This document shows, piece after piece, positions 13,676 through 25,717 of a DNA stretch of 64,000 nucleotides. Within the stretch, counting starts at the first letter, position 1, and the number at the start of each line of letters is the position of its first letter. This stretch comes from Cirrosporium novae-zelandiae (lineage: Eukaryota), in NCBI GenBank assembly GCA_026023565.1, contig JAPETS010000039.1, positions 186,001 to 250,000 on the forward strand, given 5' to 3'. Made by a program: the position numbers and the translations under genes. Below the pieces are notes generated by a model. It was not told the DNA's origin. It did no database searches and worked only from the letters and a program-made list of their open reading frames with translations.

Positions 13676-15174
13676 CTACCTCGTTCTTCTACCCCGGCTA
13701 GCTTTTGGAAAGTCCACAGGTGCCTTTAACCGTGCCACCCTTCGTACTCTTGCTTCCGTCTTACCCAAACCCCATCTTTGCCTCTCACTCTCCAGCGGAC
13801 TATTCACCTTACACCCCACCTCCGCATAATAATGATTTGTATCCTTGGTTGTCAGGTGTAAGTCTTCCGTGATATCAGATGTAAGCGTTACGAATTCGTC
13901 GAGATACAATGTACAAACGAGAATGGTCGTGACTAGAAGGATATAGGATTGAGGAGATAGCATGCCAGGTGTCTGTGAAGGGGGAGCAAAGGTATTCTTA
14001 AGGATATGTAAGATTGGTGTCGGGTCTGAGATATAGGGTTGAAGGGTGCGGTTAAGGGCTTCTGGGTTGGGGAGACGTTTTTTTAGAGAAGCACCTTGGT
14101 GCGTACCACCTTTAAGCGCATTATGGAAAGCAATCAATATTGCTATGTATCGTAGCAACTTTATCTGCGTTGTATCACCACCTTCAACAACTTCAATTAT
14201 ACGGCGGGAAACGAAGCGACTAGGTGTTTCAATTTCAGTTTTTGAAGCCACGAGAGAGACCCAGTCTTTAGTTGGAATGAGGGTAGCGATGACCTGAGGA
14301 AGGATACTGGCGATGGGATAGACTTCTTTAGGGTCAGAAGTACTGGCGTTATACGCGGGGATAGGACGCAAGGCATCAAGGTCCGCAGCGCGAGATTCCT
14401 TAGTAGGTACTTTGGTAGGCATGGAGGAGAGAATAGCCTTTGAAAGGGCTGAAGGAGGACCACTATCAGAGGAGCCAGGAGCGGTGATTGCGTTGGTAGT
14501 CATGGCTGCAATTGCTGCTTTGGACTTTTTGGTACCAAATGCAGAGGTTAGGGCGGCGCGAGCGGAGCGAGCCTTGCAGATACAGAGATTAGTCCCATGG
14601 AAATCTTCCTCAAGGGGCTTGATATGGCAAATATAACGTACATTTTGTTCTATTTCTTCCTCTGCTTTTTTTCGTTCTTCCTCGCTCTGTCTCACACTTG
14701 CCCTCACAACCATGTGTCTAGCACGGATCACCTCCAATTTTCCAGTCTTGGGATCAAAAACTCCCACATAATGTTTGAGTGTGCTATCCGATCCTGCTAA
14801 CTCTTCTTCCTGAACGACATGATCCATGCACGGATGCGAGGAGGAGTGAAGTAAGAGCTCATTGGATGGGAAGCTACTATGAGACCGAGGGCGAGAGCGT
14901 TGTAGGAGTTTGCGAGGTCTTTGATAGGCATTAAACTTGAAGGATTTAGAAAGAGTTAAGCCGGCGGATGTTGCTAAGTTCGCACATTAGTTCCATAATT
15001 CTAGAGCTCATAAGCTCATAGAAGGTACTTACCAATTATTGGACTCCATTCTTCGCTTTCCTGCAGGATGGATATCTCCTTGACACTAGAGCCCTCAAAG
15101 GCAACCTTTTTTCTGGGAGGCTCATCTCCTTCTGTTGAGGACACTCTTTTCCTCTGAAGCGTCTCGCTCCCCAT
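13676..15174 (-). CDS. RPA49: RNA polymerase I A49-like subunit; introns 14974-15032 and 14573-14641
   Basis: Motifs LLLHSSSHP, HYVGVFDPKTGKL, RAALTSAFGTKKSK, YYAEVGCKV and a C-terminal ARLKAPVDFPK..R match the A49 family. Confidence 0.85.
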
Positions 15175-15882
15175 TGAAGTTGATTGGAATACTAAAAGAT
15201 GTTTTGGCCGTGATGGGTGTTGCTGTCGCAGAGTTGCGGAAAAGTTGAAGATGGAAAATATTTCTCGGCCGAAGAAGCTCCCCATGGAGGGCTAACACGG
15301 CACAACGACTAACTCGGTTCGCGTGAGCTTCTACGCACACACCATAGTTGCGAGACCACTTTCGAACATATCAATATAGAAATTTTAGGATACTATTGTT
15401 AGATGAAAGGGAGGTTAATTACCATTTTCAAAACTACAAAACTACCAATCTACTTGCACTATGTTAGCTAGTAATGGGTACAGATGAATTAGAGCAATGA
15501 CGTCTTCGTTCATTTGGCTGGTGTCTATGCTCAACAAGGTCACAATATCATGAGACATGCGCGTCATTAGAAAACATCCACAACATTTGTCTTATGCAAG
15601 AAACCCTTCTGAAGAATTTGACCGACTTCACCCATCACCCCACACTCAATGATGTACAGAAAACAATCCCGGACCCAGATCATGACCCGTGAGATAATTG
15701 AACATGCTTGAGAGCTAACACAATTTGAGAACATCTTGCATAGCCGCGCCTTCTTCTGTTTCAACAAAAAAGCCTTTTGGAGAGGTTTAACTGTTGAGAG
15801 AAAGCAACACAGCTAAAGGAGCGTTGTTGATAGAGGAGGACGGTGGAAGTGATGAAGGGAGTCAAGATCGAAATGAAGATGT

Positions 15883-16017
15883 TTACTTGCTGTGGAGTGA
15901 AAGTCATGTCAACTATCTATAGAGATTTGGGATACGAGTTACAAACCTTCTTGCTCTAGTCTTTCTTCTCTTCCGCTTGAGGCGGCGAACTCGCTTCTTT
16001 CTCCATTTAGCTCTCAT
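15883..16017 (-). CDS. RPL41: Ribosomal protein L41 (eL41/eS32), 25 aa; coding intron 15890-15946, 5'-UTR intron 16036-16134
   Basis: Exons 16017-15947 and 15889-15883 translate MRAKWRKKRVRRLKRKRRKTRARSK*. The upstream intron is GTAAGT..GCTAAC..CAG. Confidence 0.97.
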
Positions 16018-16246
16018 TTTCGATAGCTTGAGGGACTGAAAGCAGGGAGGTTAGCTATCTGAACTTTATGATTGTGAAGAGCAATTGAAGAATAAAAGAG
16101 ACAATTGATAAAAGGAGTCTGATGTATCACTTACTGTGCTTCGAGAATGAGTGACTTGATGTGTAAAAAGAAGAAAGGAAGAAGAGCGGGGAAGGCTATT
16201 AAAGTGGGAGAATTGGCGTTGGTGGTGTGCCTTGCTTATCTAATCG

Positions 16247-16255
16247 TTAGGGCTT
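16247..16255 (-). promoter_or_regulatory. AAGCCCTAA (TTAGGGCTT) ribosomal-protein promoter element, Tbf1-like
   Basis: Exact motif just upstream of the RPL41 first exon; this motif class is known from fungal ribosomal-protein promoters. Confidence 0.6.
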
Positions 16256-16484
16256 TGGCGTTCGTGACGTTGTATATCAGCCGATATCGACCAGGAGTGT
16301 CAGGAAACACAGCGTGAAACTTTCTAGTCCGTTAAGAATAATTTCTAGACCTTAAGCTCTACAGTCTAAGGCTTATTACTCTGGGTTCTTTCAACCTGCT
16401 ATCAAGAGATTAGGATGCTGCAAACGGCAATCATGAGCTAACTTCATTTCCTTTCGTCGTCTAACATTAGTTCAAGTATCCGCA

Positions 16485-19400
16485 ATGGCTAACCAGGTGG
16501 AAGATGCTGTTGGTGAGCCAATCTTAATAGGGTATATTTACCAGCAGGAAAATGGACAGGATGTGCAAGCAAGTAAGCTCTCAAAGTACTAACAAGGCTT
16601 TACTAGTTCTAACCTTTGGCAGCCGATGAGATGGCAGCTCATCTAGAGATATATTCAGGAAAAGAGGTGTTGATCGGTCGTGATAATGGGAGATGGTAAC
16701 TGCTTTTAATGTCAGTTGGAAGGACAATACTAAATACTTTAGTCAACTTGTCCTTAATGATCCAGTAATCTCCAACAAACATGTTAGAATATATTCAATT
16801 CTATTCGAACGAAATAATGTTACTGAAATCGCTCCCCTAATTTACGCCGAGGATCTCTCTCGCAATGGCACTTACTGGAACAACTCTCTTATCGGTAAAG
16901 GCACAGGAGGTGTGCTTCTCAGTGATGGAGATCTTTTAAGAGTCAGTCCTAGAATTACTCTCAAATTCTGCACCGAGTTGGAATCACCAAAGGAACATTG
17001 GGACCCAGTTCAGGAGCAGGAGAAAAAAGTAAGATTCTCTTTAAGGTCTAATTAACCCAACCCACGGCTTAAAAAAACTGTTATAGTCCATTGAAGATCG
17101 TTATGTTATCACTGACCGTAAATTGGGTGCTGGAGCATTTGGCAAGGTCTATATGGCCATTGATCACTCTACTAAACGACAGCTGGCATGCAAGATTGTC
17201 GACCTCAGAAAACTTCAACAAGAGTATAGCGATGACTTTGAAGATGATAGTGCCCCTGAATCAGATGACAGTACGCCTATCAAACAATCCGAGGCTAAAA
17301 GAGCCAAAATTTGGGCCAAGAAAGATCTTAGACGGAGAAGGTTCAACAAGTATAATCGTGAAGTGGATATATTAATCGGTTTATGCCACGTAGGTTATCT
17401 ACTTAATTATATTTCCCTACTAACATTTCCAGCCTAATATCATAGCCATTGAGAAGGTCTTCAAGACCAAAAACGCCCTGCAAGTGAATATTCTTCGCTA
17501 GAAATGCTGGCGCTAATTATTCCTTATTATAGGTACATTTTTGAAGAGCTCATAACTGCTGGAGACCTTTTCTCGTACCTCGAATATAAGGGAGGCTGCC
17601 TCCAGGATGTTGAAGTAGCAGTGATCGTGAGGCAGATTGTCCTTGCAGTCAAATACCTTCACGATAAGGATATAGTTCATCGTGACCTTAAGCCAGATAA
17701 CATCTTAATCACTTCTCTTATTGAAGGTTCAAGAATTGTTCTCACAGACTTTGGAGCCGCCCGGTTTATTCCTAAATCTAAAATGCAAACACAGCGAATG
17801 CAGACTGTATTGGGTACCCTGGACTACACTGCTCCGTGAGGCTGCCAATCCTTCTTAGGGTTTGGCGAATATACTGATTCATCTCAGCGAAATCCACAAG
17901 ACATTTTTGGAAACAGGAATGCTTAGAGGCTACAAAGGCTACACGAAATCAGTTGATATGTGGTCACTTGGAAGTGTCACAGCTGTTCTTTTTACAGGAG
18001 AGTCCTTCTTTCAAGGTTCAGAAGATGCCGAATATAAGGACAATCCAGCAAAAGCCCTTCGCCATCTGCAAGAGTCCTGTGATCCGAAAACAATATCTGG
18101 TCCGAGGTGGAGGAATGCTTCTAAACGTGCGAAGGATTTTGTCAAGAAACTCCTAGTTTTCAATGAGGCTCAACGAATGGCTGTCCAACAAGCTCTAGAT
18201 CACGAATGGTTTACTAATGCTGCTCACAAAGCAGAGTTTGAGGCCGTTTACAAGAGAGCAATCCCCAGCTGGAAGCCACGAGTACCCAAGGAACAGATTA
18301 TCGAAAAATTGAGGGGGCCTCTCAGGAATTCCTTCCCATCGCATAAAACTCAAACTTCAAAGCGCAAAGCCTCCAGAATCGCAATGAAACCTATTGAACC
18401 TCATTATCGACCTTATTATAGCTACTTCAATAAACTTGCGTCACCACGAAGCCTAGAGAAAACTAATGACCCCTTAATAAGAGAGGGAGACTTGACGGAT
18501 GATTCTATGCAATCAATGGCTAAAGAGGCTGGACTTGGTTCTCCTCTTATCGGCAAGACAGAATATAGAAAGAAGCTACCAGAAACAACCTCTTTGTACG
18601 ACTCTAGTTTTAATCGGCAATCCAAATTCTTCACAAATACCGAATCTTTGAGCAAGATTTCCGCCGAGGACTTCAGTCAAGGGGAACTCTCAAGCCAACA
18701 TGTCCCAGGCAACCCAGGCAACCCAGGAAAGAGGGCCCTAATGAATAGCATTGACGGAGGCTCCTTATCTTCTGAAACTTATAGCGCCGACGAAAATATC
18801 GCTTCAGATTTAAAGTCGCCCGGCGTTTTAAGGACCGCGCACGAACTGCAGGAGAAAGTCCCCAAAGTACGATCTCCGAAGTTTCAAAATCAATTTCGCA
18901 GGACTTCGTCATTTCATATTTTCGCCGATCATATAGCTAATAGGGAGGACTTCGATAACATGCCCCAATCAGACAATCTAGATGAGGTGCGGGATCCTCT
19001 CAGGAATCCACAGGACCCAAGGAATCAATCGCTTTTAGCCAAAGATCCTCCGCATCGGCCTTTCAAAACCCCTACCCTAAAAAGGGATGATCCAATTTTC
19101 ATGAACTCAACCCCCAGAGATCCAATCTGGCCTGTCCTCAATCCGTCATCCTATGTAGAAGATGATGATGAGGCATATCCGTTTTCCCCCTTCACCTCTA
19201 CCAACGTAGCTAGCTCCCCTAGTCTAGCTCTTACCGAGAATACTTCAAAATCGAACCTTCAGTTGCCCTCCCTGTCTACCTGGTGCCCCAAGCCTTCTCA
19301 AAAAGCAAGTCACAGCCCGACTAAATCTGAGTACACAACCTCCACAACACCCCTGACGAGTAAATTAAGAAGACCGTTCATGCCCTCGCAGCTGACCCTT

Positions 19401-19568
19401 CGCTCAAAGAATCCTATGCTGCAGCCCCAATCAACTACGGGAGGGGGCAAGCGGAGGAGACGAGAGTCGATATATGATCACGATGACGACGTTGTTGCTG
19501 GCGCTATTATCGACGAAAACACAGATGCAAAAAGGAGATCTGGAAGCGGAGTAGGGAGAACCAGATAG
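16485..19568 (+). CDS. MEK1: FHA-domain Ser/Thr kinase (Chk2/Rad53 family), most like meiotic Mek1; long low-complexity C-terminal tail; includes GC-AG intron 17480-17532
   Basis: FHA residues IGRD, ISNKH and DLSRNGT; kinase motifs LGAGAFGKV, ACK, HRDLKPDNIL, DFG, GTLDYTAPE and VDMWSLG. The family call is firm; Mek1 orthology is inferred. Confidence 0.75.
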
Positions 19569-20216
19569 TATGAGATGGTATTGAGGGGGAGATCCAATGA
19601 GCCTATTTTGCTTTTCTTTTGTAGTTCATAATTGCCGGGATACCCCTATAGCTAATTATAACATAGCTTATCGCAATCACTATTCTGCTTTCAAGTAAAA
19701 AAAAATCAGACTTTTCTAGGTGCATACCATCCCCCATTTCTCCCAAAGGTCTCCCCATACCTCAAATCCCAAATCTCGATTCCCACGACAAAACTAGTTT
19801 CAAATGCAATTAAACCCCTCATTTCGCTTTCACATCCGCCTTCTTACCTGGCTAACATGAATCAAAGAATATTTTCCCCTTAAAAGAAAACCCCTTTTAA
19901 TATCTTAGGAGTGAAGCCAAGTGGAAGTTATAGAATAAGGAGACAATATTTATTTCTACTTTCTTATGAGTTTTTAATATATTAGTTTTTTTCTTTTAGT
20001 CGTGAATTTTGGGATGATGCCAGCATTCAAAACACTATAGCCTTAGGCTATTAGTATTCAATCCCTCTAAGCAAAGCAAATTGGTCGCCCATCATAGTCC
20101 GAGGTTCCTAAATTTCATAGACGCGAAAGTTGATCTGGGATTAAATTGGCGAGAAGGATGGGGATACTAATGACTTAGTATTGTATGAGGCATAGTTTTC
20201 CGCGTAGAGGGTCTCC

Positions 20217-21804
20217 TCAAGTTCTATAATCTCCATTAATAGTCACATATTCATGTGACAAATCGCAAGTCCAGAATGTTGCTTCTTCCTTTCCGGAACC
20301 ATCTTCTCCACCTCCCAAGTCCACTACAATATCCACATCCTCGTGCTCTAGTATTTTTGCGGCCCGATCTTCATCGACGATCTGAGGCACTCCCCGGACA
20401 AACAACTTTAACTCCTCGGAGCCGTCCTTGGGAACAAAACTCACTGAGGTTTTTGTAGGAATGACATGGGAGTCTGGAACATCAGGTGCGTAACCGATGG
20501 CACAGATGATTCTACCCCAGTTGGCATCTTTTCCATAAAGGGCCGTTTTGACGAGGTCGGACTTTGCGATTGTGGCAGCTATGGATTTGGCGGATTCGTA
20601 GCTCAGTGAATTTCGTACGTTGATGGTAACGAATTTTGTAGCTCCTTCTCCGTCCCGAACCACCAGCTGGGCAAGCTTTTGGGCAAAATTTGTGACTATT
20701 GATTGGAAGGTTTCATAGTCCGGTGATGTTGTGGTAATGGGCTCGCCCCCAGCAGCTCCATTGGCAAGCAGGGTGACGGTGTCATTGGTAGACATGTCAT
20801 TATCCACACAGATCGAATTGAAAGATCGGTTGGCAGCGTATTTCAAGAGTGGAGATAGAGTTGAAGAAGGTATAGGAGCATCTGTACACATAACGCCAAG
20901 CAGAGTGGCCATGTTAGGGCAGATCATTCCTGCCCCTTTGGCCATACCTGCAAGGTTGTATGTCGTATCTGGGGAGGATGGGAGGGTAAAGGATGTGGAC
21001 ATTAGTTTGGGAAAAGTATCAGTTGTACAGATTGAACGGGCAGTAGTTAGCCAGGAAGAATGGGTAGACGCCAGCGAGGCGTAGGCGACGGGAATGCCGG
21101 TAAGGATCTTCTGGATAGGGAGGCTAGTAGAGAAATAACGGTTAGAATTTATGAATATTAGTTCTAGGGAACAGGTCCTTGACGCCATGAAAACAAAAGC
21201 GCATTCCTTGAGATCGTTTGCAATGCCGTCGCTGATATGGTGGGATATATTTTCATGTTTCAACTGATTTATCAAGGGCCTTGGACAAAGGGAAGGCATA
21301 CCGGACACCGATGACCCCTGTACTCATAACAAGTGTTCGAGAACCTTTTCCATCATCTAGCTCTTTCTTATCCCCTTTGAAACATTCATCGGCTTTTGTG
21401 GCCATTGCTGATGCATCTTCCAAGAATACCTCCTCCGGGCTAGCGTTAGCACATCCAGAATTTGCAACAATACCTCGGATACCTTCTCCGTTACGTTGCT
21501 CTAGTATATTTTTACTAATAAGAACCGGTGCGGCGGGGAATTTATTCGTTGTGAAGACAGCTGCTGCCGAACAATCGTAGTCGGATGCTATAAAAGCAAC
21601 ATCAGGTCGCGATTTGTTGGATGCTTTGACACCGACGTGAGTTGCACCGACTCGGAATCCTTTAGGATATGTGCCTGATGTTGGAACATATTTTTGCTTT
21701 GCTAGAGGAATAGAGGAGCTGGATGGGGCTGAATAATAGCGGATATGTTTGGAGGTAAATTGAGCCCACCTGGAAGGCCTCAGAGCTTTGTTGAGTAGCA
21801 TCAT
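20217..21804 (-). CDS. ARG7: Mitochondrial ornithine acetyltransferase (ArgJ family); single intron 21124-21301
   Basis: Presequence-like N-terminus; motifs [25 protein letters not shown], autocleavage [27 protein letters not shown] and a C-terminal INGDYRT. Confidence 0.96.
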
Positions 21805-21956
21805 AATGCAAAGATTTTGACCTCGGGACCAGTGGCTATCTTCAATTGAAACAAAACATGAACAATTTTTAATCTTCTAACGGCAGCAAGATGTAGCTAT
21901 ACATTAGAGGAATCTTAGAGTAAGATTTAAAAAGAAAATATGACAGATAATTCAGA

Positions 21957-21963
21957 TGAGTCA
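21957..21963. promoter_or_regulatory. Gcn4/CpcA site TGAGTCA upstream of ARG7
   Basis: Perfect TGASTCA about 150 bp upstream of an amino-acid biosynthesis gene, in the divergent ARG7/ORC2 promoter. Confidence 0.7.
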
Positions 21964-22234
21964 CTATAAGTAAGAGCTTCGGAAGCTCAAAAATCGGGAG
22001 GAAAGAGCACCGATAACGGCAACGGGTGAACATTCATAAGGCTGATAGCGCGTTTTTAAGCTTGAAGCTTGGAAGCATCAAACGCCAATCCAGGAGTTGA
22101 GCTTCTGGTGTTTACAGTTCGAACTCCAAGTTTCTCAAGTTTGCAGATTTTGTATCATCATGTTGTTCCGTGTCCTGTGATATAATCTCCCATAATCTAT
22201 TAGTGCTTAGTTGTTTATAGCTCGGAACCTCAGT

Positions 22235-23917
22235 ATGAAACGCAAGCACGAAGCTGGAGGAGAGGATACGCCCACCAAAAAGTCGCTGAGAAAACAAAAT
22301 GTTTCAACCAATGGTGATGCTGGCTCTGAGGATATCTCGCAAGAGACTTCCACTGTTACTACCCCTTCAGCTACCCCTTCAAAGAGGGGACGTTCTCGAT
22401 CATCAGCGAGTAAAGGCACGTCGAAAGCCCGTTCCAAGGGCGCTTCAGGATCTCCTGTTGGTAGCCCTACCCCTAAAGGCTCTGCAAGAGTACTATTTGC
22501 TACCCCAACCAAGGCTCGAGGAACATTGAAGGCGAATGATACACCATCTACAGCACACCGCGCGGACCGCTCTGCCAAGAAGAAAAGCGGAAGATTTTTG
22601 GTTGAGCGATTCATCACTGGCGAGGCAGACGAAGAGGATGGACTTACAGGGGAGAATACTTTGGCTGCCCGGATCTGGGATGCGGATGCTGCTGATGAAG
22701 AAAGATTGGATGAACCTGGAGAGACTGATGGGGCTGGGGAGGTCGCACCAGATACGCCTTCAAAACGCGGTCGCGGGAGACCAAAGGGTTCTAGGAATCG
22801 TTCGATCACTCCTCCTACGGACCTGCCTCCTCATGAACAATACTTCTGGGATAATCGACCTGGCAATGTAAAGACTTCGAATAATACCCTATCATCTCTA
22901 TCACTTCTTACCTACGACGACTACTTTGCACAAATTCGAAGCCATACAGATTCTCACGAATCGGACAAGGCGTATCTCATTGACCTCCACAGCCGATCTT
23001 TCCCTCAATGGCAATTTGAACAGGGCCAAGAGTTTAATGTCTGTCTTTATGGCTGGGGGTCGAAGAGGAAATTAGTGACAAAATTTGCAGAGTGGCTATA
23101 CAATACCAGCAAGGATCCCCAGAAGATGGTTATAGTAAATGGATACACACCAAATTTAACTATTCGAACTGTTCTTATGACAGTCATGAATGCCTTCTTT
23201 GGTGCTGGTGCACCTCAGAAGATCGGTTCTCAGCCAGCAGATATTCTTGACTTCATACTATCTATTCTCTCTGAATCTGCACCACCTCAACCACTCGTAC
23301 TCTTTATTAATTCAATCGATGCTTCGCCACTTAGGAAATTTTCCACCCAAACTCTGCTAGCTCGTTTAGCATCAAGTCCGCATATCAAGCTCCTCGCAAC
23401 TGCAGACACCCCTAATTTTCCTTTGTTATGGGATAGCAATCTAAGAGAACAGTTCAATTGGGTATTCCACGACTGTACAACGTTTGCACCTTATGACGCC
23501 GAAATATCTGTTGTTGATGATGTCAATGAACTTCTCTGCCGTAGAGGGCACAGACTTGGCGGGAAAGATGGTGTTGGATTTGTTCTCAAAAGCCTTCCAG
23601 AAAATGCTCGAAGTCTGTACCGTATCCTGCTCTCGGAACTTCTTACCATTCTTTCAGATGGCCTAGATAATGGCGAAGATGGGGAAAGTGCGAAACGCAA
23701 TCGCGATGATATTGGTGTTGAGTATAGAGCACTCTATCAAAAGGCTTCAGAAGAGTTTATATGTGGATCTGAAATGACTTTTAGAACATTGTTAAAAGAA
23801 TTCTACGATCATCAAATGATTATCTCGAGCAAAGATGCCATGGGAACTGAAACTCTTGCAGTTCCATTAACTCGAGAAGAGATGGAAGGCGTTCTTGAGG
23901 ACCTCGTCCTTGGTTGA
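22235..23917 (+). CDS. ORC2: Origin recognition complex subunit 2, single exon
   Basis: CDK-site-rich N-terminus with AT-hook KRGRGRPKG; ORC2-domain motifs FPQWQFE, FNVCLYGWGSKR, FHDCTTFAPY and LLKEFYDHQM. Confidence 0.95.
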   Translation: MKRKHEAGGEDTPTKKSLRKQNVSTNGDAGSEDISQETSTVTTPSATPSKRGRSRSSASKGTSKARSKGASGSPVGSPTPKGSARVLFATPTKARGTLKANDTPSTAHRADRSAKKKSGRFLVERFITGEADEEDGLTGENTLAARIWDADAADEERLDEPGETDGAGEVAPDTPSKRGRGRPKGSRNRSITPPTDLPPHEQYFWDNRPGNVKTSNNTLSSLSLLTYDDYFAQIRSHTDSHESDKAYLIDLHSRSFPQWQFEQGQEFNVCLYGWGSKRKLVTKFAEWLYNTSKDPQKMVIVNGYTPNLTIRTVLMTVMNAFFGAGAPQKIGSQPADILDFILSILSESAPPQPLVLFINSIDASPLRKFSTQTLLARLASSPHIKLLATADTPNFPLLWDSNLREQFNWVFHDCTTFAPYDAEISVVDDVNELLCRRGHRLGGKDGVGFVLKSLPENARSLYRILLSELLTILSDGLDNGEDGESAKRNRDDIGVEYRALYQKASEEFICGSEMTFRTLLKEFYDHQMIISSKDAMGTETLAVPLTREEMEGVLEDLVLG

Positions 23918-24026
23918 AAAGGATGAAGTTGAAGTCTTTAATACAACATTAAGTTGATGCTACACAGTCTAGATTTTTATATCCAAAGTAAGCCGATTCT
24001 CTAGCGCCACTTCCAGTGAGACCAAA

Positions 24027-25028
24027 TCACCATCCCCTTTCTGCCAATTTTTGTTCAGCTTTTAGACTTGAGACTGTCAAACCCACCATTGCTTCCCCCA
24101 AATCCTCGCTGACCTCTGCTAGTATTTTCGGGTCATTGAAATGTGTGACCGCCTGGACAATAGCTTTCGCCCTTTTGGCCGCATCACCACTCTTGAAGAT
24201 TCCACTGCCCACAAACACGCCATCGCATCCTAATTGCATCATAAGCGCTGCATCTGCTGGTGTTGCAACTCCTCCGGCTGCGAAATTAACCACCGGTAAC
24301 CTCTTGAGTTTAGCTGTCTCTTTCAGTAGCTCGTGGCTCACACCAATGGCTTTGGCCATGCCCCTCAACTCAGCATCGCTCAATGTTGAAGCCTTGTTGA
24401 TCTCTGCATTGACTGTCCTCATATGTTTGACGGCCTCAACAACATCGCCGGTTCCGGCCTCGCCTTTTGTCCTAATCATAGCGGCGCCTTCACTGATCCT
24501 TCTCAAAGCTTCACCCAGGTTCCGGCATCCGCAGACAAATGGTACTTTGAACGCCTGTTTCTCAACATGATATGTGTCATCCGCAGGTGTCAGGACCTCT
24601 GACTCATCGATATAATCGACGCCAATAGCCTCGAGTATTTGGCATTCGACGAAGTGACCAATACGTGCTTTCGCCATGACGGGGATGGAGACAGTTTCCA
24701 TGATTTCCTTGATCAATTTCGGATCGGACATTCTGGCCACACCACCCTGTGCACGAATGTCGGCAGGGACACGCTCAAGAGCCATGACTGCAGCAGCACC
24801 AGCTTCTTCTGCGATGCGTGCCTAGATAGTTTTCAAGATCAGCTACTATTCACGTAATACATGATCTCTTGGAATGAGCATGAAGTAGATATATGGGTAA
24901 CGTACTTGTTCAGCGTTCACGACATCCATAATAACGCCACCCTTGAGCATCTGCGCCAGACCAGCTTTGGTCACAAAGTCATCGCCATTTTCATTATGGC
25001 CATTGGCCACGGGGTAGAGAGTTGTCAT
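24027..25028 (-). CDS. SNZ1: Pyridoxal 5'-phosphate synthase subunit (PDX1/PyroA); intron 24822-24905
   Basis: Motifs [41 protein letters not shown] and [13 protein letters not shown]. Confidence 0.97.
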
Positions 25029-25115
25029 CGTATCTATTTTGATATATGGATATGGTGAAGGAGGGAACGAGTTGGTTTTTAGGATTGAAATATTTTACAA
25101 CGAAAAAAGCTTGAA

Positions 25116-25308
25116 GAGTCACTCGGGCCTTGAAGACAAGGAGGATAGAACAATGGACAATTCCGACTGTTAGCCTGTATGCACGTGAGTATGGATAGGA
25201 TCTCAAAATAAAAAAACAAGAAGACGATTGTATAGAAAGATCAAGAAAAAGAATATGACTAGAATGAATACCTTGTGTAAGAATCCCTCAAAAAAATTTT
25301 TATGACTC
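25116..25308. promoter_or_regulatory. Two Gcn4/CpcA core sites (GAGTCA 25116-25121; TGACTC 25303-25308) upstream of SNZ1
   Basis: TGACTC cores are present, and SNZ1 is a known Gcn4 target in yeast. Confidence 0.5.
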
Positions 25309-25717
25309 GTCGAAGGACGTAGAGAGTATAAACAATAACTCCGTACCTCCGGACATACAAAGCCCCGCAAAAAGTCAAACGGTGTCGGCTTGCCTCTTAG
25401 AGGGAGTAGTCTAAAGGAGATCCTCGAGAATTATCGACGCGGGGCTAATCTTATCAGATCTGATCTGAATCTAGTTGGTAATTATTTTTTATTTTGTGGG
25501 AGTGAGCCGAAAAGGCCAAAACGTCATTTCATTATTCATACATTATATTATACATTATTTACATAAAAACGTACATGTACCAAGTAAAGCTACCTACGTC
25601 TTCAACTTTCCAACTCTCTCCGGAATAAATAAACAAAAGCCATATCTAACCTTCGATACGTTAGATAATATAGCTGTTTTCCTCAATCACCTTACCTCCT
25701 CAATCACCACACACACC

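Noticed and set aside
24016..24570. Long antisense ORFs (this one, also 22207-22809, 1913-2317, 4916-5350, 20731-21084)
   Set aside because: Shadow frames of well-conserved genes on the opposite strand, with no independent motifs.
25129..25271. Possible 5'-UTR intron of SNZ1 carrying a TPP-type riboswitch
   Set aside because: A donor (GTATTC) and a branch (GCTAAC) exist, but the acceptor is ambiguous, and there is no CUGAGA or other TPP-aptamer core.
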